From the NCBI GenBank assembly GCA_027340875.1, contig DAIENX010000043.1:1-49378 (forward strand): a DNA stretch of 49,378 nucleotides. Reading direction: 5' to 3'. This document shows, in pieces, positions 38,514 to 46,879 of this stretch (the stretch's first letter is position 1; each line of letters starts with the position of its first letter). The position numbers and the translations under genes were made by a program. The notes under the pieces are model-generated. The model saw only the letters and a list, made by a program, of their open reading frames with translations, had not been told where the DNA came from and did not search any database. The stretch is from Elusimicrobiota bacterium. GTDB lineage: Bacteria; Elusimicrobiota; Elusimicrobia; Elusimicrobiales; UBA9959.

Positions 38514-39440
38514 TTATTTCTTCTTTATCCAGGCCGCCAGCGAGCCGCCGGAATAGAACTTGGCGGCGTAGTTGCCTGAGGTTCCCACGCTGTCCACGGA
38601 GAGGGCCACTCCGGCCTCTACCGCCCTGTTCATCGCGTGGGTGTCCGTCACCGCGTTGCCCAGCTGCGCGTTGCCGTTGACGGTAAGGTCGTTGGTGACG
38701 GCGGCGTTCCCGCCGGTAACGGACAGTCCGTTCTGGGCCGTCAGCGCGCCTACGGCGGTTATGGCGTCTCCGGCCGCGTCGCCCAGGTTCACGTTGCCGG
38801 TGAACTTGGCGGCGCCATTGACCCCCAGACCGTCGGTACCGTCGCCGAGTATGGTCATGGACGAGCCGCTGACCATGGTTATGTTGGTGGCCCCGGCGTT
38901 CTGTATGAACTGGGAATCCACCAGGCCGGTGCCGGCCGCGTTCACCATCTGCAGACGGTAGGGACTGCCCAGCGAGGCGAGGCCGGTGTTATCGGTCTCC
39001 CAGGTAAGGAAGCCGTTGGCCGAAGCCTTAAGCACCTTGCCCGCGTTGGCCGCGCCGTAGTCGAAGTACAGGTTGGTCAGCGCGCCGGCGTTGTTCATGA
39101 ACTGCACCGTGCTCTTTAGCACGCCGTAGCCCTGCAACTCCACCGCCTGCGTGAAGGTGGAACTGCCGGCCACGTACATTCCGCTGGATACCTGCACGTA
39201 CCCGTTGGCGAATATGTTGCCGGGAGCCACCGGAATACCGAGCGCCGGGGCGGACTGGGTGGACCCGAAGACCGTGAAGCCCTTCACCTCCAGGTCCGGG
39301 TCCAGCGCCGTTCCGCCGGTGCCGAGCACGGTGAGGTCGTCCTCTACTCCGAACTCCGTACCATTGTCCGCGGCTTGCGCCAGACGGCCCGCCGCCGCGA
39401 CGCATACCAGGGCAATAATCACTTTCGTTGCCTTCTTCAT
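38514..39440 (-). CDS. Secreted fibre-like protein
   Basis: AGGAGG RBS, signal peptide, N-terminal domain closely similar to that of the giant protein, G/T/N-rich beta repeats. Confidence 0.78.
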   Translation of the reverse strand: MKKATKVIIALVCVAAAGRLAQAADNGTEFGVEDDLTVLGTGGTALDPDLEVKGFTVFGSTQSAPALGIPVAPGNIFANGYVQVSSGMYVAGSSTFTQAVELQGYGVLKSTVQFMNNAGALTNLYFDYGAANAGKVLKASANGFLTWETDNTGLASLGSPYRLQMVNAAGTGLVDSQFIQNAGATNITMVSGSSMTILGDGTDGLGVNGAAKFTGNVNLGDAAGDAITAVGALTAQNGLSVTGGNAAVTNDLTVNGNAQLGNAVTDTHAMNRAVEAGVALSVDSVGTSGNYAAKFYSGGSLAAWIKKK

Positions 39441-39486
39441 ACTCCCTCCTTAGCAATTACAGGGATAGCGGAACTTCCGCCATCCC

Positions 39487-40587
39487 CTACCAAATCACCA
39501 TTAGTTTCCCGGTCTTCGAGTTCGAGCCGGACACCACCCGCCAGATATAGACCCCGCTGGCCGCGCGTTGGCCGCCGGAGGTGCGCACGTCCCAGCTGAG
39601 TTTCGGGAGGGGCAGCCCCTCCGGGATGACCAGTTTACGCACCAGGCGTCCGTCGAGCGTGTAGATCTCTATATCCCCGGTTTGGGGAACGTTGGTAAAA
39701 GTGATGCCGTCCGCTTCCGTGCCGCTCTGGCCGGCCCCGCTACCGGCTGCCGGGCCGTTAGGCCTGAACGGGACGGGGAAGGCGTAGGTATGCTTCACGG
39801 CGTCGTCGACGGAGCCCAGCAGCGAGTATACCCCGGGCGACATGAAGGGGACGGAGACAGTGCGCGAAGCCTTGTCGAATATGGCCCCGGGGACCTTGGT
39901 CCACATTGCCAGTTCCTCGTCCAGTTGCCAGGTACGTATGGTGTCCACCCTTACCGACGGGAAGGACCCGTCCAGGACGCCGTCGCCGTCGTCGTCCTGG
40001 TAGCGCAGGGAGAGGTTTCCCGCCTTCAGCAGGGGCTTGCGCCAGAAGTCCTGCTCGTCGAACAGCCCCATCTCGGTAGCATTTCCTGTGAAAAGACGCG
40101 CCCAGGCCCCCTCGTTGGCCTCCATCTTCGAATTGGCCGTATCTATGGTCCCGGCATCCACGCTTAAAGGCCTGGCGCCCGGATCGTCGTTAAGCGTAAT
40201 ATCGAACGCTTCCTTGTCCACCGCGCCGGCGGGGAGCGTCAGGGCCGCGTTACCGGAGTTGAACTTCACCGCCGCCGGAAGACCTTTCTGGAAGGTGAAA
40301 TGGGGCGGGTTATAGAAACCGCTCCTGTTAGAATAAGCGCCGGAGCGGGAGTTCCCGATGCCGGCCGGCAGCGAGATCTGGCCCGAGGCGCCCTTGGATG
40401 AATACTCTCCGCCGCTCAGCAGCCCCCCCCCGCTAAGCCTGGCGGAGGATTCAAGCTGGTATTCTCCGGAGGAGGAGATAAGGGCCGGGGCGGCCGGAGG
40501 GAACGCGGCGCAGAGCGACAGGACCGCGAGCGTGCGAACAGCCGGAGCTAGGAGGCGAAAGGTTTTTTCTTCCCCAGTAATATGCAT
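39487..40587 (-). CDS. Secreted protein with T9SS type-A-CTD/FlgD-Ig-like C-terminal domain
   Basis: YAFPVPFRP...IEIYTLDGRLVRKL...WDVRTSGGQRAASGVYIWRV...GKLMVIW at the C-terminus; signal peptide. Confidence 0.78.
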   Translation of the reverse strand: MHITGEEKTFRLLAPAVRTLAVLSLCAAFPPAAPALISSSGEYQLESSARLSGGGLLSGGEYSSKGASGQISLPAGIGNSRSGAYSNRSGFYNPPHFTFQKGLPAAVKFNSGNAALTLPAGAVDKEAFDITLNDDPGARPLSVDAGTIDTANSKMEANEGAWARLFTGNATEMGLFDEQDFWRKPLLKAGNLSLRYQDDDGDGVLDGSFPSVRVDTIRTWQLDEELAMWTKVPGAIFDKASRTVSVPFMSPGVYSLLGSVDDAVKHTYAFPVPFRPNGPAAGSGAGQSGTEADGITFTNVPQTGDIEIYTLDGRLVRKLVIPEGLPLPKLSWDVRTSGGQRAASGVYIWRVVSGSNSKTGKLMVIW

Positions 40588-40616
40588 AGTGAACGCCGCT
40601 GACGGCGGCCTATGAT

Positions 40617-40659
40617 ATTATAGGGAGCGGACCTTCCAGAATCCCGAAGAAATTACGAA
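40617..40659 (-). promoter_or_regulatory. Island promoter motif copy 5
   Basis: TTCGTAATTTC-TTCGGGATTC-N16-TATAAT. Confidence 0.8.
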
Positions 40660-40688
40660 ACCGCGAAGGCCCTTTGTGTATTTGTGGC

Positions 40689-41375
40689 TCAGAGCGGGCC
40701 GAAGAAGCGGAACCCCTTGCCGGAAACGGACTGCAGCGAGTCGGCCAGTTCCCGCGGGAGCTTGCGCCGCAAATTGAACATATGCGTGTCCACCAGGTTC
40801 GGCACGGCCACGGTGCGCCAGACCTGGGACAGTATCTCTATGCGCGACATTATGCGCGGACTGTTCTTGGCCAGGGCATAGAGCAACTCGAACTCCCTGC
40901 GGGTCAGGTCGTGCAGCGGCTCGCCTTTGTACCGCGCCATCTGCGAGCGGACCTCCATCTCCAGCGCCCCGGCTTTCAGCGAAGCCCCGCCGCTTTTATC
41001 CATCGCTACTCGCCGCAGCAGCGCTTTCGCCCACATGACCAGCTCGTCCATATTTATCGGCTTGATCAAATACTGGTCCACTCCGGCCTGAAAGCCTCGG
41101 CCCTTATCGGCAATAGCGTCCTTACCGGTCAGGACGATTATGGGAATGTCGGACAGGGAAGCGTTGGCGCGCACCCAGCGGGAGATCTCCAGGCCAGAGC
41201 CGTCCGGAAGCGCGATATCCAGCACGATCAGGCATGGCGCGCCGGCGCTCATATACGCGAGCGCTTCCTTTACGCTGGAAACGCAGGCCGCCCTGAATCC
41301 CGCGTCTTCCAGCGCGGCCTTCACCAGTTCTCCCGTTTCCTTGTGGTCTTCGACTATAAGAACGCTGTCGCTCAT
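40689..41375 (-). CDS. OmpR/PhoB-family response regulator
   Basis: Receiver (VLIVED, LDIALPDGSG, KP) plus winged helix (LTRREFELL, VDTHMFNLRRKL, GKGFRF). Confidence 0.93.
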   Translation of the reverse strand: MSDSVLIVEDHKETGELVKAALEDAGFRAACVSSVKEALAYMSAGAPCLIVLDIALPDGSGLEISRWVRANASLSDIPIIVLTGKDAIADKGRGFQAGVDQYLIKPINMDELVMWAKALLRRVAMDKSGGASLKAGALEMEVRSQMARYKGEPLHDLTRREFELLYALAKNSPRIMSRIEILSQVWRTVAVPNLVDTHMFNLRRKLPRELADSLQSVSGKGFRFFGPL

Positions 41376-41407
41376 ATTGCTCCGCGGTGGCGAAAAAAAT
41401 CGTTCTT

Positions 41408-41439
41408 ATTATACACAAATACTCCGGGAGAATCCCGAA
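41408..41439 (-). promoter_or_regulatory. Island promoter motif copy 6
   Basis: TTCGGGATTC-N16-TATAAT upstream of the OmpR-family gene. Confidence 0.78.
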
Positions 41440-41685
41440 AACGAGATAAGGACCTGGAAGGTCTCTATTTAAGCGATTTGATGTTCAGGTCTGACGTAAA
41501 CCGAAAGGCACCTGCATGCAGGCCCTTTGCTTCATGCGTCCCGACATTTAAACTCGTAGTATTTACGTTCTCGTTCCGGTAAAAGGCGGTCAGGCAGCTG
41601 CGTGAAGGCTTTTCTTAAAAATAAATTTAGTGGACCCGTCCCGGGGCTTGCATTAAAATATTACTCCGCGGGAACAGAACTTGAG

Positions 41686-42405
41686 ATGGGAACATTGGGA
41701 TTTCGCATCATCACTCCCGACGATAATATCGTCGGCCGCTGGCGCAGGGCCTTCGTCAGGGAAGGCTGGCGCGTCGCCGCGGCCGTTCCATGCCCCGAAG
41801 AACCCGCCATGTCCGGCGCCGAAGTGGACCTGATAGAGATCGGGCCGGACCTCTGCAGCACCCCGGAAGACCTTAAGAGGATATTGGACGAGAGGGAGCC
41901 GGTCTCCGCCATAGTGTTCGGGGACCAGGCCAAATCCAGTAACAAGCTTATAGCCGACCTCCTTGAGGCCGGCGCCGACGACTTCGTCTACAAGAACATA
42001 GACGAGCGCATCCTTGTAGCGAAACTGAAGGCCCATATAAGGAGACTTATGCCGGCGATATCGGAAAGGTCAGCCCGAGCCACTTCGAGCTGCGGGGCGA
42101 TAGAGGTCGACCGCCTGAGACACTCCGTGAAGGTACAGGCGGCCAAAGGCAGGCGCACCGAAATACTGAACCTCACCCAGCGCGAGCTGGACATACTCAC
42201 GTTCCTTATCGATCACGAGAAGCAGGTGGTCTCGCGAGAGACGATGCTGGAGAGGATCTGGGGAGAGGGAGCTGTAGACGTCTATTCGGAATGCGTGGAC
42301 AAGCACATAGAGTCCCTGCGGCGCAAACTCGGGCTTTGCGGGAAAAAGATACGCACGGTATACGGCGCCGGCTACATGTTCAACGGAGAGAGCCCCGTCA
42401 AATGA
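41686..42405 (+). CDS. OmpR/PhoB-family regulator with atypical receiver domain
   Basis: Winged helix LTQRELDIL...VDKHIESLRRKL...TVYGAGY and AGADDFVYK present; the phosphoacceptor position reads VDLIEIG. Confidence 0.85.
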   Translation: MGTLGFRIITPDDNIVGRWRRAFVREGWRVAAAVPCPEEPAMSGAEVDLIEIGPDLCSTPEDLKRILDEREPVSAIVFGDQAKSSNKLIADLLEAGADDFVYKNIDERILVAKLKAHIRRLMPAISERSARATSSCGAIEVDRLRHSVKVQAAKGRRTEILNLTQRELDILTFLIDHEKQVVSRETMLERIWGEGAVDVYSECVDKHIESLRRKLGLCGKKIRTVYGAGYMFNGESPVK

Positions 42406-42842
42406 AGAATCCCGTTCTCCGCATACTCTCCATAGATGACGACCCGTCGTGCCAGCGGGTAGTGGCGCAGTACATGACGATAGTCGGGGGGCACATGGTC
42501 GAGACCGCCCTCAACGGTTCCGAGGGATTAAAGAAGGCCGCGGACATAAAACCCGATGTCATACTGCTGGACATGGCGATGCCGGACATGAGCGGCGCGG
42601 AGGTGCTGGAATCGCTCCATTCCGACCCCGCCACCAGGCATATCCCGGTGGTCATACTTACAGGCTCGGAGCTGATGGACTCCGGTTCCGCGCTTTACAA
42701 GAACACGAACCTGAAGCATATAGCGCACAAGCCGGCGATATTCGAGGACCTGCTGAGGAAGATAGAGACGCTCCTCTTACATGCCCCCGGCGCGTCGGAT
42801 ACCGGCCCGCGCCCAGATCTGACCGACTGGAAAAAATACTAG
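42402..42842 (+). CDS. Single-domain response regulator
   Basis: ILSIDDD, PDVILLDMAMPDMSG, ILTG and HKP; ATG overlaps the upstream stop. Confidence 0.9.
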   Translation: MKNPVLRILSIDDDPSCQRVVAQYMTIVGGHMVETALNGSEGLKKAADIKPDVILLDMAMPDMSGAEVLESLHSDPATRHIPVVILTGSELMDSGSALYKNTNLKHIAHKPAIFEDLLRKIETLLLHAPGASDTGPRPDLTDWKKY

Positions 42843-42854
42843 GATGATCCCCGT

Positions 42855-43256
42855 ATGCGCATACTGATAGCCGAGGACGACGATAACTTCAGGTCGCTGA
42901 TAACCGAAGTGGTCAGCCAGGCTGGACACGAGGCCGCGGCGGAACCCAACGGCCGTCTGGCCTGGGAAAGACTGCTGCGCGAAGGCGCCGACATGCTGAT
43001 CACCGACATCAACATGCCGGAACTGGACGGCTTCGGCCTGCTCCGGAACGTCAGGGGAAGCGACGAATACGGGAAGATCCCTGTGCTGATGCTGACCATC
43101 AGGGAACTGGCGGAGGACCAGGTGGCCGGCTACGACACCGGCGCCGACGATTATCTGACAAAGCCTTTCGCCAACGAAGTGCTGCTGGCGCGGATAAAGG
43201 TCCTGGAGCGGAGGATACGCCGGGCCGCTCCCCGCAAAGATGGACCGGCGGCTTAA
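42855..43256 (+). CDS. Single-domain response regulator
   Basis: ILIAEDD, DINMPELDG and GADDYLTKPF. Confidence 0.92.
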   Translation: MRILIAEDDDNFRSLITEVVSQAGHEAAAEPNGRLAWERLLREGADMLITDINMPELDGFGLLRNVRGSDEYGKIPVLMLTIRELAEDQVAGYDTGADDYLTKPFANEVLLARIKVLERRIRRAAPRKDGPAA

Positions 43257-43905
43257 GATACTCTCCAGCGACGACGACGAGGGGATACGCGCGTTCCTCT
43301 TCAGTCTTCTCGCGGAACAGGGCCACGAAGTGGAGTTCGCCAGGGACAGCGACGAGGTGTTCAAGAACCTCGGCCGCTCCAGGTACGATCTGCTCATACT
43401 GGACGTGAACACGCCGGGACTCAACGGCTACAAGGTGGCCGAAAAGATCACGTCCAACATAGTGAACCGGCCCAAGATCCTGATCTTCACGGCCAGGGAC
43501 ATAGAGGAGGAGAACTTCCAGTTCGTCGTGAGCGGGGCTGACGCGGTACTCCGGAAAGGAGCCTCCTGCGAGCGGATCCTGGAGGAGATAGAGAGGATGT
43601 TCCCAACACAACCCGCTCCGCCTGACCCGGCGCAGCCCCCGGCCGCTCCAGAAGAGAAAAAGCGGAAGAAGATCAACGAAGACCTGGAGTTCTGCCTGTC
43701 CAGGCTTACGCAGGTGGAGGACGGCATAGCCGCGAAGAACATGCGCTACGAGGAGTTCATCCGCGACCTCCTGCGGGAGAAGCAGCGCACCGAGAGGAAC
43801 TACCTGGAGTTCAAGCGCATCGAAGCCGAAGTGCTGAGAATGAAGAGTTGGGGATACGCGCTTGCCACGGTGGCGATACTAGCGCTGATAAAGGCCCTGT
43901 TCTAG
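43240..43905 (+). CDS. Receiver domain + coiled coil + C-terminal TM helix
   Basis: ILSSDDD, DLLILDVNTPG, FTAR; Pro-rich linker; helical segment; C-terminal WGYALATVAILALIKALF. Confidence 0.85.
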   Translation: MDRRLKILSSDDDEGIRAFLFSLLAEQGHEVEFARDSDEVFKNLGRSRYDLLILDVNTPGLNGYKVAEKITSNIVNRPKILIFTARDIEEENFQFVVSGADAVLRKGASCERILEEIERMFPTQPAPPDPAQPPAAPEEKKRKKINEDLEFCLSRLTQVEDGIAAKNMRYEEFIRDLLREKQRTERNYLEFKRIEAEVLRMKSWGYALATVAILALIKALF

Positions 43906-43932
43906 CGCCGCGGAAGCGGCGCCATACCCGGA

Positions 43933-44304
43933 ATGAAAAAAGCCCTGGTGGTGGACGACAGCATCAATTTCAGCACGCTTCTCCAGTGCGCGCTCGAGGA
44001 CGACTTCGAGGTGTATGCGGCCGCGGACGGCGCAGAAGGGCTCCGGATGGCTTCGGAACTGCGGCCGGACATAATCTTAATGGACGTGATGATGCCGAAC
44101 ATGTCCGGGATAGAGATGGCCCGCGCGCTCACCGCAGAAGAAGAGACCCGCAGTATCCCCGTTATCGTGCTCACGGGAAGCCATCTCGACAAGGGCGTGC
44201 CCGAACTGTTCAAACTTGAGCGCAACGTCCGCCGCTTCCTGAGCAAGACGACGCCCGTGCTGGACATACTCGGGGCGGTAAAGGAAGTGCTCGATGGCCG
44301 ATAG
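43933..44304 (+). CDS. Single-domain response regulator
   Basis: LVVDDS, PDIILMDVMMPNMSG, VLTG and LSK. Confidence 0.9.
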   Translation: MKKALVVDDSINFSTLLQCALEDDFEVYAAADGAEGLRMASELRPDIILMDVMMPNMSGIEMARALTAEEETRSIPVIVLTGSHLDKGVPELFKLERNVRRFLSKTTPVLDILGAVKEVLDGR

Positions 44305-44680
44305 CGCAAGGAAGAAGATAATGATAGTGGACGACAATGTCCAGTTCATCGAGCTGATGAAAGGGCTCTTCTCGGATGAGTTCCATATAGAGACCGCCTG
44401 CAACGGTTTCGAGGGCCTCGGAAAGGCGATAACGTTCTCCCCTGAACTGATAATGCTCGACGTGAACATGCCCGGCATAACCGGCATAGAGTTCGCCCGC
44501 CGGCTATCCTCCCGCTCCGAAACGGCGGGGATCCCGATAATCGTGATAACCGCCAGCGACTACAACAGCCTTACGCAGAGCCTGCTGCAGAACGAGCACA
44601 ACGTAAAGATCTTCATGACCAAGCTCTCCCCGCTGGAGACCATACGGGAAAAAGTAATGTCGGTCATAAAGAAGGGCTAG
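44294..44680 (+). CDS. Single-domain response regulator
   Basis: IMIVDDN, LIMLDVNMPGITG, VITA and MTK; apparent paralog of the preceding gene. Confidence 0.9.
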   Translation: MADSARKKIMIVDDNVQFIELMKGLFSDEFHIETACNGFEGLGKAITFSPELIMLDVNMPGITGIEFARRLSSRSETAGIPIIVITASDYNSLTQSLLQNEHNVKIFMTKLSPLETIREKVMSVIKKG

Positions 44681-44974
44681 AGCATTCCGGCGCACCGTGG
44701 AGTATGCTGCATGGCTCAGCGCGGAAGCCGGCTTTAAAGCCCTGCAGGACGAGAACCGGGAGCTCAAGGCCGCCATCAGGAAACTCGCCTCTGCCAGAAA
44801 GACGGGAACTCTGTCCCGAGAGAGAACACCTCCGGCCTGACCGGCCAAGATCAAAGGGAACGTGATGACGCCAGAGCCTCCCGCGGACCGGGAGGCTCGC
44901 CTCTCGCGGGACCGCCGTCAGGCCGCTAAAAATTTTATATACTTACACGGGACAGGGGCAGAGCGGAGGAAACG

Positions 44975-45226
44975 ATGGAGACGATACTTACGGTTTGCGC
45001 GATAGTGGTCACGATAGCCTTCGTGGCGCTGGTGGTACAGGCGATACTGACGCTGCAGCAGGTGCGGCACACGGCCAGGGCCGTGGAGTATCTGGCACTG
45101 AACGCCGACGGCAAGCTGACGGCGATGGACCCGATGATAAACGCCGTCAAGAACGTCTCCAGCGCTGTCAGCAACGGCTGGTTCAAGGTCGCCCAGACCG
45201 TCTACGGCCTGTTCTCCAGGGACTGA
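44975..45226 (+). CDS. Small membrane protein (DUF948/YoxC-like)
   Basis: GGAGG RBS; N-terminal TM followed by an amphipathic helix. Confidence 0.65.
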   Translation: METILTVCAIVVTIAFVALVVQAILTLQQVRHTARAVEYLALNADGKLTAMDPMINAVKNVSSAVSNGWFKVAQTVYGLFSRD

Positions 45227-45227
45227 C

Positions 45228-45719
45228 ATGGCCGCCTTCAGCTTCTTGCACACCTTCTACGACGAGGCCATCCTCTCCAAGCTGAGGTTCCTGAAGGGCA
45301 TCAGCCTCTTCGAGGGCATCAGCAAGCGCAACCTGATACACGTGCTGGAAAGCCTTCAGGAGCGTACCTACCTGAAAGGCGAGACGATCTTCGCGCAGGG
45401 CGACATAGGCCGCGCGCTGTTCATCGTCTTCTCCGGCAAGATAGCGCTGGCCCGCCTGGACCCGGTCACGCAGAAGACCGAGACCATCGCCACGGTCAAC
45501 CCCGGCGAGTTCTTCGGCGAGATGGCGCTGCTAGAGGAAATGCCCCGCACCGCCACCGCGATCGCCGCCGAGGAGACCAAGGTCTTCATGCTGTTCAAGA
45601 TCAAGCTGGACTCGCTGCTGTTCGCGCGCCCGAAGATAGGGGTCTACATCGCGGCCCAGCTGGCCAAGATACTTTCCGCGCGCCTGCGCGCGCTGCTGGA
45701 GAAGCCGTCGGAGAACTGA
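45228..45719 (+). CDS. Stand-alone cyclic-nucleotide-binding domain protein
   Basis: IFAQGDIG, GEFFGEMALL and PRTATAIA; no HTH. Confidence 0.9.
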   Translation: MAAFSFLHTFYDEAILSKLRFLKGISLFEGISKRNLIHVLESLQERTYLKGETIFAQGDIGRALFIVFSGKIALARLDPVTQKTETIATVNPGEFFGEMALLEEMPRTATAIAAEETKVFMLFKIKLDSLLFARPKIGVYIAAQLAKILSARLRALLEKPSEN

Positions 45720-45722
45720 CGC

Positions 45723-46793
45723 ATGGCCGACGCCCCCGCGAAGCGCTACTCGCAGTTCATCCTGCCGGCCTTCATGGCCGCGGCGGTGATCTACTTCATA
45801 GTCCTGGCCAAGGGCGCGATCTTCCCTTTCATCCTGAGCGCCGCCCTCGCCTACGTGATAAGCCCGATGATCCGCTACTTCGAGGTGCGCGGCATAAAGC
45901 GCATCTACGCGGTGGCGGGCCTTTACCTCAGCGCCGGGGCGCTGCTGTTCATCGTCATCTATCTGCTGTTCCACTTCCTGTCGTTCGAGCTGGAATCGCT
46001 GCAGCAGTCCTGGCCGGCGTACATGGAGCGTTTCCAGAATTACGTGACCGGCCTGAACGGCAGGATAGTACATAACTACCCCGTCCTGGCCTCGCTCAGG
46101 CTGGACCAGAAACTGGACCACCTGATAGGTCTGGTGCCGCAACTGCTGCTGTCCCTGTTCCCGGCGCTGACGCTGCTCTTCATAGTGCCGTTCATCACTT
46201 TCTTCATGCTGCTCGGCGGCGCGGCCATCATCGACTATATCCTAGACCACATCCCGGCGCGGCACTCTGAGCTGGTGCTGCATATAGCCTCGCGTATAGA
46301 CGGCTCGCTGGGCAATTACCTGCGCGGCATCCTCAGCGAGGCCTTCGTGATCTTCCTGATAGCCTTCACCGGCCTGCTGCTGATGGACCTGAACTATTCC
46401 GCGGTCATCGCGATACTGATAGGAGTATCCAGCCTGATCCCGTACCTCGGCGCCATCGTCGGAGCGGTGCTCTCCTCGATAGTGGCCTATCTCCAGTTCG
46501 GTTCCTTCATCTCCATCGTCAAGGTGCTGGCCTTCTTCACCGGCGTGCGCTTCTTCGACGACTGGTTCCTGCAGCCGTACATCATGAAGAAAGCGGTGGA
46601 GCTGAACCCTGCCATCATCCTGCTGGCGCTGATGGCCGGCGCCGAGATAGGCGGCATCTGGGGCGTCGTCTTCGCCATCCCGGTGACCTGCATCATAAAG
46701 GAAGTCCTGCACATAGCCGTGGAGCTGCAGGAGACGGAGTTCCGCTGGAAGCCCAAGCCCGAGCCCACCCGCATCAGCATCCCGTACACCTGA
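45723..46793 (+). CDS. AI-2E family transporter (PerM-like)
   Basis: LAYVISP, YLRG, IPYLGA, LQPYIM, LNP and GVVFAIP motifs; multi-TM. Confidence 0.9.
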   Translation: MADAPAKRYSQFILPAFMAAAVIYFIVLAKGAIFPFILSAALAYVISPMIRYFEVRGIKRIYAVAGLYLSAGALLFIVIYLLFHFLSFELESLQQSWPAYMERFQNYVTGLNGRIVHNYPVLASLRLDQKLDHLIGLVPQLLLSLFPALTLLFIVPFITFFMLLGGAAIIDYILDHIPARHSELVLHIASRIDGSLGNYLRGILSEAFVIFLIAFTGLLLMDLNYSAVIAILIGVSSLIPYLGAIVGAVLSSIVAYLQFGSFISIVKVLAFFTGVRFFDDWFLQPYIMKKAVELNPAIILLALMAGAEIGGIWGVVFAIPVTCIIKEVLHIAVELQETEFRWKPKPEPTRISIPYT

Positions 46794-46812
46794 ACTTCCC
46801 CTCCTGCCAAAC

Positions 46813-46840
46813 AAAAAGGAACGCAAAGCGTTCCTTTTTT
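46813..46840. terminator. Intrinsic terminator
   Basis: AAAAAGGAACGC-AAA-GCGTTCCTTTTTT. Confidence 0.85.
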
Positions 46841-46879
46841 ATTGCTGTGTAACCGGAAGGCGAGAGGACCAGAATAAGA

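Noticed and set aside
28786..40587. Prophage tail region
   Set aside because: The fibre-like proteins carry signal peptides, and no capsid, terminase, portal, baseplate, integrase or lysis genes are present.
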